In this document: one piece after another, positions 9,675 through 18,113 of the stretch
How the letters are laid out: each line of letters begins with the position of its first letter
Numbering within the stretch: the stretch's first letter is position 1
From: an uncultured Clostridium sp.
Lineage (GTDB): Bacteria; Bacillota_I; Bacilli_A; RF39; UBA660
Length of the DNA: 64,000 nucleotides
Assembly: GCA_964589375.1 (NCBI GenBank)
Contig: CAZPSA010000001.1
Coordinates: 1,410-65,409 of the forward strand
Direction of reading: 5' to 3'
The notes under the pieces: generated by a model
Database searches by the model: none
Told to the model about the DNA's origin: nothing
What the model saw: the letters and a program-made list of their open reading frames with translations, nothing else
Made by a program: the position numbers and the translations under genes

Positions 9675-9705
9675 TGTTTTTCTCCTTTTCTTATTATATA
9701 TAGTA

Positions 9706-9734
9706 AAGGCGATAAGAGATTATCTTACCGCCTT
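9706..9734 (-). terminator. Hairpin (12-bp stem, one mismatch) just after the pilin-like gene; a possible partial terminator or attenuator
   Basis: The arms are AAGGCGATAAGA (9706-9717) and TCTTACCGCCTT (9723-9734), with loop GATTA. The downstream tract on the minus strand is only moderately T-rich. Confidence 0.4.
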
Positions 9735-9744
9735 GTATCAGAAG

Positions 9745-10044
9745 CTAGTTAGCTCCAATTCCTACCCAAGATGATAAGCCTTCAATTAATAATGGTGCAC
9801 CCATTGCGACAACGAAAATAATCACAATTCCAATAATCAAATTCTTAACCATATCACGAGCATTGATTTTTTCTTCATTTTTGTGTGCGATTGCAATTTT
9901 AATACCAACATAAGCACCCCATACAATAACAACTGCTGCTAGTGCCATAACAATATAAATCCAAAAACTATCCATTAATTCACTTAATTTTGTAACAATT
10001 GATTGCAAAGAATCATTTAAAGTAGCTTCCGCTAAAAACATCAT
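9745..10044 (-). CDS. TrbC/VirB2-like small two-TM T4SS protein (pilin-like)
   Basis: This 99-aa protein has two TM helices separated by the charged loop AHKNEEKINARDMVKN. It sits in the T4SS block. Confidence 0.5.
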   Translation of the reverse strand: MMFLAEATLNDSLQSIVTKLSELMDSFWIYIVMALAAVVIVWGAYVGIKIAIAHKNEEKINARDMVKNLIIGIVIIFVVAMGAPLLIEGLSSWVGIGAN

Positions 10045-10066
10045 AATTTTTTACCTCTTTCCTTTA

Positions 10067-11788
10067 TTATTTTTTCTTGTTTTTAATTTGCATAAATATA
10101 ATTGTTCCACCAACTAGTAAAACAACTAAAATTAATATTAATACTAGTGGTGTAGATGAACTTCCTTTACTATCATCTACATCATCATTTCCATCAGTAG
10201 GAGTATTATCTTCTACTGGTGTTTTATTTTCATCTTCACCATTATTTGGAGTATTAGAATTATCTTGATTATTATCACTGTTTCCAGTATCTCCATTAGG
10301 TGTATTCCCATTACTTGTTCCATTATCCCCACTTGGATTATTTACAGAACCCTGATTATTATTGTTGTTATTATTTTGATTATCATTTGTATTGTTTTGA
10401 TTACCATTTTGATTTTGTTGATTATTGTTTACATCATCATTTTGATTGTTATTACTATCATCAACATTTCCTCCATTATTAACATCATCTTGATTATTAT
10501 TATCATCCACTGGTGGTTTTACTGGAGTAGGCGGTTGTTGAGGAGTTGGTGGCGTTACTATAACATCATCCTCTTCTTCAACTTTATTTTCTATTTCAAA
10601 TTTAGTTAAAATAACTCCATAATCATTCACCACAATTATTTGATATTTCCCTTCTAAATTAGAATAGTCAATATACCCATAATCATTTACATTCATTGTA
10701 ATATTTGCTTGTCCAGTTTTTGAAAATATAATTTGTATTTTTGAATTATCTACATGATTACACTCACACCTATTGCTAACAAAGAATAACATTGCTTCTT
10801 TATTAAGTTCTGAATATAAAGTGTATGTATGTTCATGAACTGGTTCTTCCTTTTCATTATAGCCATTATCTTTACTTGTTGAAAAGTTGGATAAGTAACT
10901 ATAATTACACCTATTACAAACATGTTTAATACATCCAATAGTATCATTATCAGAATTTACTAATATTTCTGTAAACTCATGACCTAATGGATCTACATAA
11001 TCACTAACAAATCTATCACTACAAGTAGTACAAAAGTTTTCTTTGTATCCATAAGTTGCACAAGTTGGATCAATTATACGACTTCCATAATTATGACCAC
11101 TTGAGTTTACATAGTCAGCGATAAAGGAATATTGACAATTCTCACAATAATAACTTGTATATCCACCTTCAAAGCAAGTAGGAGCAATTACTTCAGTTAT
11201 ATAATCATGTCCTATCTTATCAATATAGTTATTGTTATACGAATAACTACAAGTAAGGCAACTATGTTTGGTATATCCATCTTCATCACAAGTTGGTGGA
11301 ATATCTACGCTTTCAAATGTATGACCTAGTTCATCTACATGGTCACTTGTATATTCGTGTCCACAAGTACTACAGAAATGTGTTGTATAGCCTTTATGAG
11401 TACAAGTTGGTTTAACTACAACTGACATATACTTATGACCTAGTGGTTCGCTTGTTTCATCTTTATAACTAAAGTTACACCTTACACATTCAAAAAGTGT
11501 ATGTTCTCCAGTTGTACATGTTGCATTTTTTAAAGTTTTTGTAAACTCATGACCTAATGCTTCAGTGTATTTATCTTTATAAGAATAATTACAAACTTTA
11601 CAAGTGAAAGTTGTATATCCTTGAGTAAGACATGTTGCATCTGTAACTAATTCTAAATAGTCATGACTACACTGTGTAAATGGATTTTCTTGAGCATTTA
11701 CTTTTAAACTATTGTTTCCAAAGATTAATGCAAATCCTATCACTAAAGTCATAAGTCCTAAAACAATATAGTTTCTAAATTTTCTCAA
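10067..11788 (-). CDS. 573-aa surface protein: signal peptide, 7 Cys3-His modules, N/D/Q/P/T-rich linker and C-terminal TM anchor
   Basis: The signal peptide is MRKFRNYIVLGLMTLVIGFALIF. Residues 40-300 carry modules TC..GYT...C..C.YSY.......GH. Residues 405-545 are low complexity, followed by the TM LVLILILVVLLVGGTIIF and KNKKK. Confidence 0.85.
   Translation of the reverse strand: MRKFRNYIVLGLMTLVIGFALIFGNNSLKVNAQENPFTQCSHDYLELVTDATCLTQGYTTFTCKVCNYSYKDKYTEALGHEFTKTLKNATCTTGEHTLFECVRCNFSYKDETSEPLGHKYMSVVVKPTCTHKGYTTHFCSTCGHEYTSDHVDELGHTFESVDIPPTCDEDGYTKHSCLTCSYSYNNNYIDKIGHDYITEVIAPTCFEGGYTSYYCENCQYSFIADYVNSSGHNYGSRIIDPTCATYGYKENFCTTCSDRFVSDYVDPLGHEFTEILVNSDNDTIGCIKHVCNRCNYSYLSNFSTSKDNGYNEKEEPVHEHTYTLYSELNKEAMLFFVSNRCECNHVDNSKIQIIFSKTGQANITMNVNDYGYIDYSNLEGKYQIIVVNDYGVILTKFEIENKVEEEDDVIVTPPTPQQPPTPVKPPVDDNNNQDDVNNGGNVDDSNNNQNDDVNNNQQNQNGNQNNTNDNQNNNNNNNQGSVNNPSGDNGTSNGNTPNGDTGNSDNNQDNSNTPNNGEDENKTPVEDNTPTDGNDDVDDSKGSSSTPLVLILILVVLLVGGTIIFMQIKNKKK
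10154..10576 (-). repeat. Low-complexity Asn/Asp/Gln/Pro/Thr-rich linker coding region
   Basis: Read from the translation (PPTPQQPPTPVKPP...NNNQDDVNNGGN...NNNNNNNQG...). It also generates the spurious plus-strand ORFs at 10077-10609. Confidence 0.9.
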
Positions 11789-11808
11789 ATAGTATCCTCC
11801 TTCTTTTA

Positions 11809-14025
11809 TTATTTTACTGCAAGGTCTTGAAGACGTAATAATTCTGGTAATGCCTCACCAGATATGTAGTCTGCTAGGTCTTGCATTTTTTGGGCTATGG
11901 TTTGGTCATAATTTTCCATTAACATATAAAGAATTGTTGCTTTATCTTCTAGTCTTGCTTCTTTAATTGTTTTTCTATCCCTACCATTTAACATTCTAGT
12001 AAGAATATCAATTTTCTTATGAATTTCATTTATGACTTTATCCCATTCTTTATCAAGTTCTAATAACTTGTCTTGATTACTCTCTTCTAGTATCACCTCT
12101 TGTTCATCTAGTTTATTGATTTCATCTAATATTCTATCTTCATCACTACTACCATTTTGAGTTACAATATCAAATACATAATCTTGCTTTTCAAAAAGTC
12201 TTGCTTCTCTTTTAGATACATCAGCTTTACCTTCTGGAAAGTAAACATCTTTTAACTCATATGATGGAGTAAACTTTGTCCAAATAGGTTCATATCCTCT
12301 AACCGATACAATAGCATCTCCTTTTTCATTACCATTAAGACGTTCTAACATTCCAATAGTAATTAATGGTTGATTACTTGCTCCAGTATTACTTGATGCA
12401 GGATTTTCAGCATTTGTATTAACTGAAAAGTTTTTAACCTTTTTCTGTCCACATAGTTCTGAAAACTCTTTTCTAGTATCTGGATCATCACTACCAATAA
12501 AGATTTTAACGTTACAGTTAGTTTTAATAATATCTCCAATGTCTTTTCCATATTTAGCAGTTAACTGACTAAATGATTGTAAAACAAATAAGAATCTTAT
12601 ACCTCTTGAACGAGCAACAGTTACCATACCTTCCATATTTTCAAATTTAGGTAAGTTACCAAATTCATCTAAAACAAAATATGTATTTCGTTTTAATATT
12701 GCAGTTTCACACTGATTTCTTCTTAAGTTAAGATTTGCTTTTTCAACAAGTTCTTTATACATTTGAGTAATAAATAATGTAACAAATCTATGTCTAGTAA
12801 ATCTTTCGTCCGGAACTATAATGAATACCGCATTTGGTTCTTCATCAAGATTTATAATATCTAAATCATTTTCTGATGTTAAAGATAAAATTCCATCATC
12901 AGATAATTGTTGCATATAACTATTTACTTCAGATAAATAACTTGTTAAAGTTTTATCACTTGTAATAAGTACAGTGTTTACAATTCCCCTAACTTTAGAA
13001 AACTCATCACGACCTTCAAGTAAATATTCTCTTAAAGCTGTAGTATCTTCACTACAATATTTAGTGATGTTATGATAGATATTGAAAAGTAGTAATTGTT
13101 TTTCTTCTACTTTCCCTTTGATGCAATCTTCACAAAGTGCTAAAACAAAACCAAAGATTAAGTTTCTTGCACCTTCTTCCCAAGTTGGTTGGTCTTTATT
13201 TTGTACAGGACATAATGTATAAACTAAATCTTGAGCGTTCTCATAGATTTCATCTTTCAATTCTTGAACTCTAGTTCTTGCATCTTTATAAGATAAAAAT
13301 GTTTCTCCTGCACCATAATACTTTCCATCTTTGTTTTGAAGATTGTTTTCTAAATCTTTAACTAGTTTAATACGCCTAATTAATACATTCATTGGATTCC
13401 ATCTAGCTGAAGAGTAAGGTTCTCTTAAATCTAACATTGAGATTTTATATCCTTCTTTTATTAACTGATTAGCATGTTTTTCATATAGTTCTTTCTTTGG
13501 GTCAGTTATAACAATAGAAGGTTTAGTTTTACATCTACCTAACACTTCAATATTTTGGTCAACAAATCCCGTTGTTTTACCACTTCCGGTAGTACCAACA
13601 ATTAATGCATGTAATTGACTTGTAGCAATTACTTCAACATTACTACCTTTCTTTTCTGCACCTATAACAATACCATCTTTTGAATATTTAAAATCTTTAA
13701 ATGTACTAACTTCAAACTCACGAAGTTTTCTTAACTTTTTAGTAGTTAACCATTCTGTATCTTCTAGATCATTTTCATTTAACGCAATGTTTTGAGCATC
13801 TATTCGATACATCATTAAATATCCAATAATAAGTAACCCACATACAACTCCAACTACTAAATAATAATTACGATTGTTTAATATAATTGAAATGCTATCT
13901 TTAGTAGTCAAATTAAATATTAGTAATATAAGTACTGCCATAAAGGTGAAGATAAATAACCAAAGAAGAATATCTAAACTTCGGGATTTTTTCTTTTTGT
14001 GCTTAAGGGCTTCATCTCTATTCAC
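11809..14025 (-). CDS. VirD4/TraG-type type IV coupling protein
   Basis: It has N-terminal TM helices, Walker A IVGTTGSGKTTGF and Walker B YFVLDEFGNLP. Size is 738 aa. Confidence 0.9.
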   Translation of the reverse strand: MNRDEALKHKKKKSRSLDILLWLFIFTFMAVLILLIFNLTTKDSISIILNNRNYYLVVGVVCGLLIIGYLMMYRIDAQNIALNENDLEDTEWLTTKKLRKLREFEVSTFKDFKYSKDGIVIGAEKKGSNVEVIATSQLHALIVGTTGSGKTTGFVDQNIEVLGRCKTKPSIVITDPKKELYEKHANQLIKEGYKISMLDLREPYSSARWNPMNVLIRRIKLVKDLENNLQNKDGKYYGAGETFLSYKDARTRVQELKDEIYENAQDLVYTLCPVQNKDQPTWEEGARNLIFGFVLALCEDCIKGKVEEKQLLLFNIYHNITKYCSEDTTALREYLLEGRDEFSKVRGIVNTVLITSDKTLTSYLSEVNSYMQQLSDDGILSLTSENDLDIINLDEEPNAVFIIVPDERFTRHRFVTLFITQMYKELVEKANLNLRRNQCETAILKRNTYFVLDEFGNLPKFENMEGMVTVARSRGIRFLFVLQSFSQLTAKYGKDIGDIIKTNCNVKIFIGSDDPDTRKEFSELCGQKKVKNFSVNTNAENPASSNTGASNQPLITIGMLERLNGNEKGDAIVSVRGYEPIWTKFTPSYELKDVYFPEGKADVSKREARLFEKQDYVFDIVTQNGSSDEDRILDEINKLDEQEVILEESNQDKLLELDKEWDKVINEIHKKIDILTRMLNGRDRKTIKEARLEDKATILYMLMENYDQTIAQKMQDLADYISGEALPELLRLQDLAVK

Positions 14026-14028
14026 ACT

Positions 14029-15081
14029 TTATTTTTCCTCCTTATCCTTTTTAGATTGTTTAATCCTTTCTTGTTTCATTTCCTCTTCGATTTCCTCTAA
14101 TCTTCTTGAAAAATCTCTTTCAAGTAATCTACTTTGGAAAGCAAATGACTGTAAGAATTTACCAAACATACTATTTACTTTCTTTTTGGAAATGATAATT
14201 CTACGTTTTAATTTTGTATCATTTGGCTTGTACTTTTTATTAAGGCTTCTTTCAAAATATTCAGGCTTTATTTTTCTTGCAAGATTAAGCACTAAATTAC
14301 CCTGTCTTCTGATATATTCTTCTTCTATGGTATCAATCATCTTTTTAGAATTATCATCTATTTTATAACCATACTTTTCTTTATTTCTTTCCATTTCTTC
14401 AAGTTTTACATTATCTTCAGAAAACAAATGAGTGGTATTAATTATTTCTTCTACTTTTTTCTTCATAGAACGTAAAGCCTTATAAAATTCATTATCAGCC
14501 TTTCGAGCTTCCCTATCATAACCTAGTAAAAGTGCAACTATGTTATCTACCCTTTCCCTATATGGCTCCATTTCTTCACTTCCATATGATAATCTTCCTT
14601 CTTGTGGTAGTTCTTTTACAAGTTCTAATAGTTCTTTTTTTACATCATCACTAGTAGTGATAGCAACATTAATGGCAGTCAATCCCTTAAGCTCTCGCAG
14701 TGCCTCCATTTTACTTTTATAGAAATGATCTGTTTCATCATCTAAATAAAGTCCTGCATTGATAAACATTTTATCTAATGCTCTTTTATCAATTTTCCCC
14801 TTACGCCTATATGTAATAGAACCATCATTTGCATAATATTTAGGTTCTTTTTCCCAAAACTGAAAATGTATATGTAAGTGATGTGGTCTATCTTTATGTA
14901 ATGCACACATCAAATCTATATTTTCTTCATGTAATGAAGCATCTTTAAAGAATTTTGAAAAAACATTTTTTATAAATCTTATACACTTTTCTGGATTATC
15001 AATTTTATAGCTTTCTTCTTCACTTAATGAAATGAAACCATGCCAAATAAAACCTTTGTTATTCTTAAGTCTTTCTTTCAT
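14029..15081 (-). CDS. Conjugative relaxase (HUH type, MobL/MOB_P-like); the ATG-initiated part only, see the finding on its N-terminal extension
   Basis: The His-cluster motif CALHKDRPHHLHIHFQFWE matches HxDx(3-4)HxH. It lies next to the coupling-protein gene, 3 nt apart. The frame stays open 255 nt upstream without ATG, GTG or TTG. Confidence 0.65.
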   Translation of the reverse strand: MKERLKNNKGFIWHGFISLSEEESYKIDNPEKCIRFIKNVFSKFFKDASLHEENIDLMCALHKDRPHHLHIHFQFWEKEPKYYANDGSITYRRKGKIDKRALDKMFINAGLYLDDETDHFYKSKMEALRELKGLTAINVAITTSDDVKKELLELVKELPQEGRLSYGSEEMEPYRERVDNIVALLLGYDREARKADNEFYKALRSMKKKVEEIINTTHLFSEDNVKLEEMERNKEKYGYKIDDNSKKMIDTIEEEYIRRQGNLVLNLARKIKPEYFERSLNKKYKPNDTKLKRRIIISKKKVNSMFGKFLQSFAFQSRLLERDFSRRLEEIEEEMKQERIKQSKKDKEEK

Positions 15082-15343
15082 TAGTTCAAGTTCAGCATCT
15101 GTTATTACTCCATTCCCATTAAATACTCTAGTTGATTTTTGTAAATATTCTAAAGCTGTGAAAGTATCATCAACTTTATCTTTTCTAGTAATATAATTTA
15201 AAAGGTTTTTACCACCAGTTAAATCATAAAATGCTCTATCTTCTTTGTGCTTTTGAATTTCACTTTCAGTTGCATTTGATTTTAGCTTATAAGGAGTGTA
15301 TCCAATATTAAATACAATATTTGAATTTCCTATTATTCTTCAC

Positions 15344-15838
15344 CTACTTTCTTAATTCATTTAAACCATTGATTTCATAATCAATTAAATAATCTGGTGT
15401 ATCTCTGTATGCACCTTTTTTAATTTTTTTAATGTCCACTTTACCACCTTCAATTTCAATTTCTTTTATTCCATATAGAGAACATAAAATTGATTTATTA
15501 ATAGTCACATTTAAAACTACTTCTTTTATTAAATTTGTAATTTGTGAGAAATAATTTTCATCAACACCATTAATTTTTCTAACCATTTTAACTGAAGAAT
15601 TACTTTCTTCTTTTTCTTCAACTATATTAAATAAGGAATTATATAGAATTGGAAATCCACATTTTAGTGCATCGTTAATTACTTTGTTAAACGATTTTTT
15701 ATACTCATCTAACTCCATAATTTTTTCAATATATTCCCATATTTCATCATCATTTATCCTTATATACTTTCTTGATTTTCTTTCATCTTTTTTGTTTTCT
15801 TCCATAAGATTGTCAAGAACAAGAAGTGAGTGTGTCAC
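15344..15838 (-). CDS. Hypothetical 164-aa protein upstream of the relaxase (possible relaxosome accessory)
   Basis: ORF track entry in operon position. No motif recognised. Confidence 0.45.
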   Translation of the reverse strand: MTHSLLVLDNLMEENKKDERKSRKYIRINDDEIWEYIEKIMELDEYKKSFNKVINDALKCGFPILYNSLFNIVEEKEESNSSVKMVRKINGVDENYFSQITNLIKEVVLNVTINKSILCSLYGIKEIEIEGGKVDIKKIKKGAYRDTPDYLIDYEINGLNELRK

Positions 15839-15846
15839 TTGCTTGA

Positions 15847-15893
15847 GCCAAACTTGTTTGGCAATCGAAAATGCAATAAACGTAGTTTGTTGC
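15847..15893. promoter_or_regulatory. Candidate oriT or operator: two adjacent inverted repeats
   Basis: IR1 is GCCAAAC-TT-GTTTGGC (15847-15862, perfect). IR2 is GCAATAAAC-GTA-GTTTGTTGC (15873-15893, 8/9). They lie in the only sizeable non-coding gap (15839-15951) next to the relaxase operon. Confidence 0.3.
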
Positions 15894-15951
15894 TTTTTCC
15901 TTATCCTGCCTATAAAATAAGCAAATTTGCAACACTTTTCCTACCTCTTTT

Positions 15952-16296
15952 TTAGTTCTTGGTGTCTCCTTCCATGATATTTTTGACTAGGTTTTTTAGT
16001 GGATTAGCTTCATTTTTTTCATCAATTACTAGGACAAATTCCCCTTTTTCTAATCTTCTTTTTTCAGCACTTTTAATTCCACCTAATCTTCCATACTCTC
16101 TACATTTAATATCTCTATCAATTTGTGTCTTGATTAAATTAAATGTTGATTTAATTGTTGCATCATTAGTTTCTGGAAGACGTCCTAAAAATACATAATC
16201 ACATAAGAATTTAATAAACTTTCCTGCTTGTTTATCATTCATTGCTTTAATAGAATTTGCATAACTTTCCTTAAACTTAAATCCATTTTCTTTCAT
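15952..16296 (-). CDS. Small phage/ICE-type DNA-binding-like protein (replisome-organiser-N-like; family name uncertain)
   Basis: MNDKQAGKFIKFLCDYVFLGRLPE...IKTQIDRDIKCREYGRLGGIKS resembles a pattern common in phage and ICE replication or accessory modules. Confidence 0.45.
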   Translation of the reverse strand: MKENGFKFKESYANSIKAMNDKQAGKFIKFLCDYVFLGRLPETNDATIKSTFNLIKTQIDRDIKCREYGRLGGIKSAEKRRLEKGEFVLVIDEKNEANPLKNLVKNIMEGDTKN

Positions 16297-16315
16297 TTAG
16301 AGTTCCTCCTTTCTT

Positions 16316-17974
16316 TTAAGTTTTTGAGTTTAGACCAAAATGTCTTTTTGAACCAATATTAAACTTAGGTGATTTTTCACTTGGTGCTTTTAATTCTTTG
16401 ATAAAGTTTGTTGCTCTCTCAGCCAAACGTTCATAAAGAGACATCGGTTTATTTTCATTAAATTGTCCAGATGATTTAAAGATTCTTAAAAGTTGTTCAG
16501 TATCTCCTCCAGTAAACATAGCTAATCTATTCATTAAAGATAGAGCATCTTTTTCAGAATTTCCTAATATACTTTTACCTTCATAAAGTTCTTTAAACTT
16601 TTCTCCATCTTTAGTAGTCATTGCTTTTTCTATAACATCTTTATCACTCATTCTAGTAAGTGAGTTTATTCCTCTTTCACTCATATCAATTTTTCTAGCA
16701 ACAACTTCTTCATTCTTATTACTTGCAACCTCACTTGGTTTTACAAACACTAACGATTTAGCTTCTTCAATGTTAAGTTCATTTTGAATATCTAAACTAA
16801 TTTGATTTAGTTCATCAATTGATACTTCTTTAAATGTTGAATTTTTATAGTAATCAAGTTCACTCATCTTATCAATTTCTTTTCTTAAAGCATCTACACT
16901 TGCAAAACCATGATTAACAAGTAAAGCTGTAGCACCTTTATCAGTTGTAGTGTAGGCTTTATAGACAATCTCACCATAAGCATTTTCACTTTCCACAATA
17001 GCATAATGCTCTATCTTTTTTTCTTCAGTTTTTTCTTTTGAGATAACATACTTTGAAATCTTATCAGCATCTGCTATTGCATTAAATAAAATGTTTGGAT
17101 CATCTTTAATTCCTTCATACCAGTGTTTAATGTAAGCACTGTTGTTTTGAATATGGTTTTCATCAATTGTTATACCTAATTCTTGTTCAATGAACAAAGA
17201 GGCAATTTCTGCTCTTAGTTCTTCAGTTGCATAACTTGGTGTTCCAAATCCACCACCCAAATCTCTATTTAACCTTTTTTCATGTCCAGTGGAATGACCA
17301 ACTTCATGAAGAGCAGTTGAATAAAATTCGTTGTAACTTAAAAATTTGTTCCTTTCTGGTAAATGAATCTCATCTTTTGATGGAATATAATAAGCATTAC
17401 TTCCACCATAAATTATTGGTGATTCATTTTTACTCCAGTAATCTAAGATATTTTCAGCTCTTACATTTTTTTCAGTTTCATTTAAAGTTGTCTCTTCTTT
17501 TTTAGGAAGTCCCTCAACTAAGTCACCATTAAATACTCTATAGTATCTTCTATGAGCATATAAGTTATCTCTTACATATTGTTCTTTTTCTTCAAGAGTC
17601 ATTCCTTCTAAAACTTTTCTATCAAATGTTTTTTTAGTATTCTTATCACGAAACTCAAAGAACTCAACAGTTACACCTTTACCTTTTCCTAAAGAATTAC
17701 CTTCTTCATCTTTTTTAAAACTATAACCATTTGATTCAATTTGGTGATACGTTAACCACCTATTATCTTGATAACCATTAGCCATACTAACTAAAGTTAG
17801 ATAGAAGTTATTAACTCCACGATATGGTTTTTTAGTACTAAATGATTCTGGAACTTCACTTTTCCATCCCGGTTTCCAAAGTCCAGTTCCTTCACTTAAA
17901 TTCTTTAATACCTCATCAATAATCTTTTGACGTTGAGGAGTTAGTTTATCGTACATTGTTTTTTCATTACTCAA
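16316..17974 (-). CDS. ardC: ArdC-type antirestriction protein (ssDNA-binding N-domain plus zincin metalloprotease) with an extra C-terminal helical module
   Basis: KPYRGVNNFYL marks the ArdC-N domain. ALHEVGHSTGHEKRLNRD is the HExxH zincin motif. The C-terminal aa 437-525 resemble the C-terminus of the neighbouring 3068-aa protein. The track start is a TTG. Confidence 0.8.
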   Translation of the reverse strand: MSNEKTMYDKLTPQRQKIIDEVLKNLSEGTGLWKPGWKSEVPESFSTKKPYRGVNNFYLTLVSMANGYQDNRWLTYHQIESNGYSFKKDEEGNSLGKGKGVTVEFFEFRDKNTKKTFDRKVLEGMTLEEKEQYVRDNLYAHRRYYRVFNGDLVEGLPKKEETTLNETEKNVRAENILDYWSKNESPIIYGGSNAYYIPSKDEIHLPERNKFLSYNEFYSTALHEVGHSTGHEKRLNRDLGGGFGTPSYATEELRAEIASLFIEQELGITIDENHIQNNSAYIKHWYEGIKDDPNILFNAIADADKISKYVISKEKTEEKKIEHYAIVESENAYGEIVYKAYTTTDKGATALLVNHGFASVDALRKEIDKMSELDYYKNSTFKEVSIDELNQISLDIQNELNIEEAKSLVFVKPSEVASNKNEEVVARKIDMSERGINSLTRMSDKDVIEKAMTTKDGEKFKELYEGKSILGNSEKDALSLMNRLAMFTGGDTEQLLRIFKSSGQFNENKPMSLYERLAERATNFIKELKAPSEKSPKFNIGSKRHFGLNSKT

Positions 17975-18113
17975 AACTTATCTTCACCTCCTCAACCATA
18001 ATTGGTTCTTCATCTTGAATTAAAAAGTCATCAGTATCAAAATAGTTTTCAAGTTCATCTAGACTTATACCTTTTGGAACAATGATTTCTTTTTGTATAA
18101 TTTCTTTATTCAT
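17967..18113 (-). CDS. 48-aa acidic peptide starting immediately after the stop of the giant gene
   Basis: Own translation gives MNKEIIQKEIIVPKGISLDELENYFDTDDFLIQDEEPIMVEEVKISFE. Its ATG abuts the TAG of the upstream gene, and its 3' end carries the SD (GAGGAGGTG) of ardC. Confidence 0.3.
   Translation of the reverse strand: MNKEIIQKEIIVPKGISLDELENYFDTDDFLIQDEEPIMVEEVKISFE

Noticed and set aside
10077-10609. Plus-strand ORFs (63, 114 and 60 aa) rich in Ile/Leu/Tyr
   Set aside because: They are the mirror image of the Asn/Asp/Gln low-complexity linker of the 573-aa protein, with no start context.
13874-14368. Plus-strand 164-aa ORF spanning the coupling-protein/relaxase junction
   Set aside because: It is antisense to two well-supported genes. 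Its Ser/Leu/Phe-rich composition is the reverse complement of Lys/Glu-rich coding sequence.
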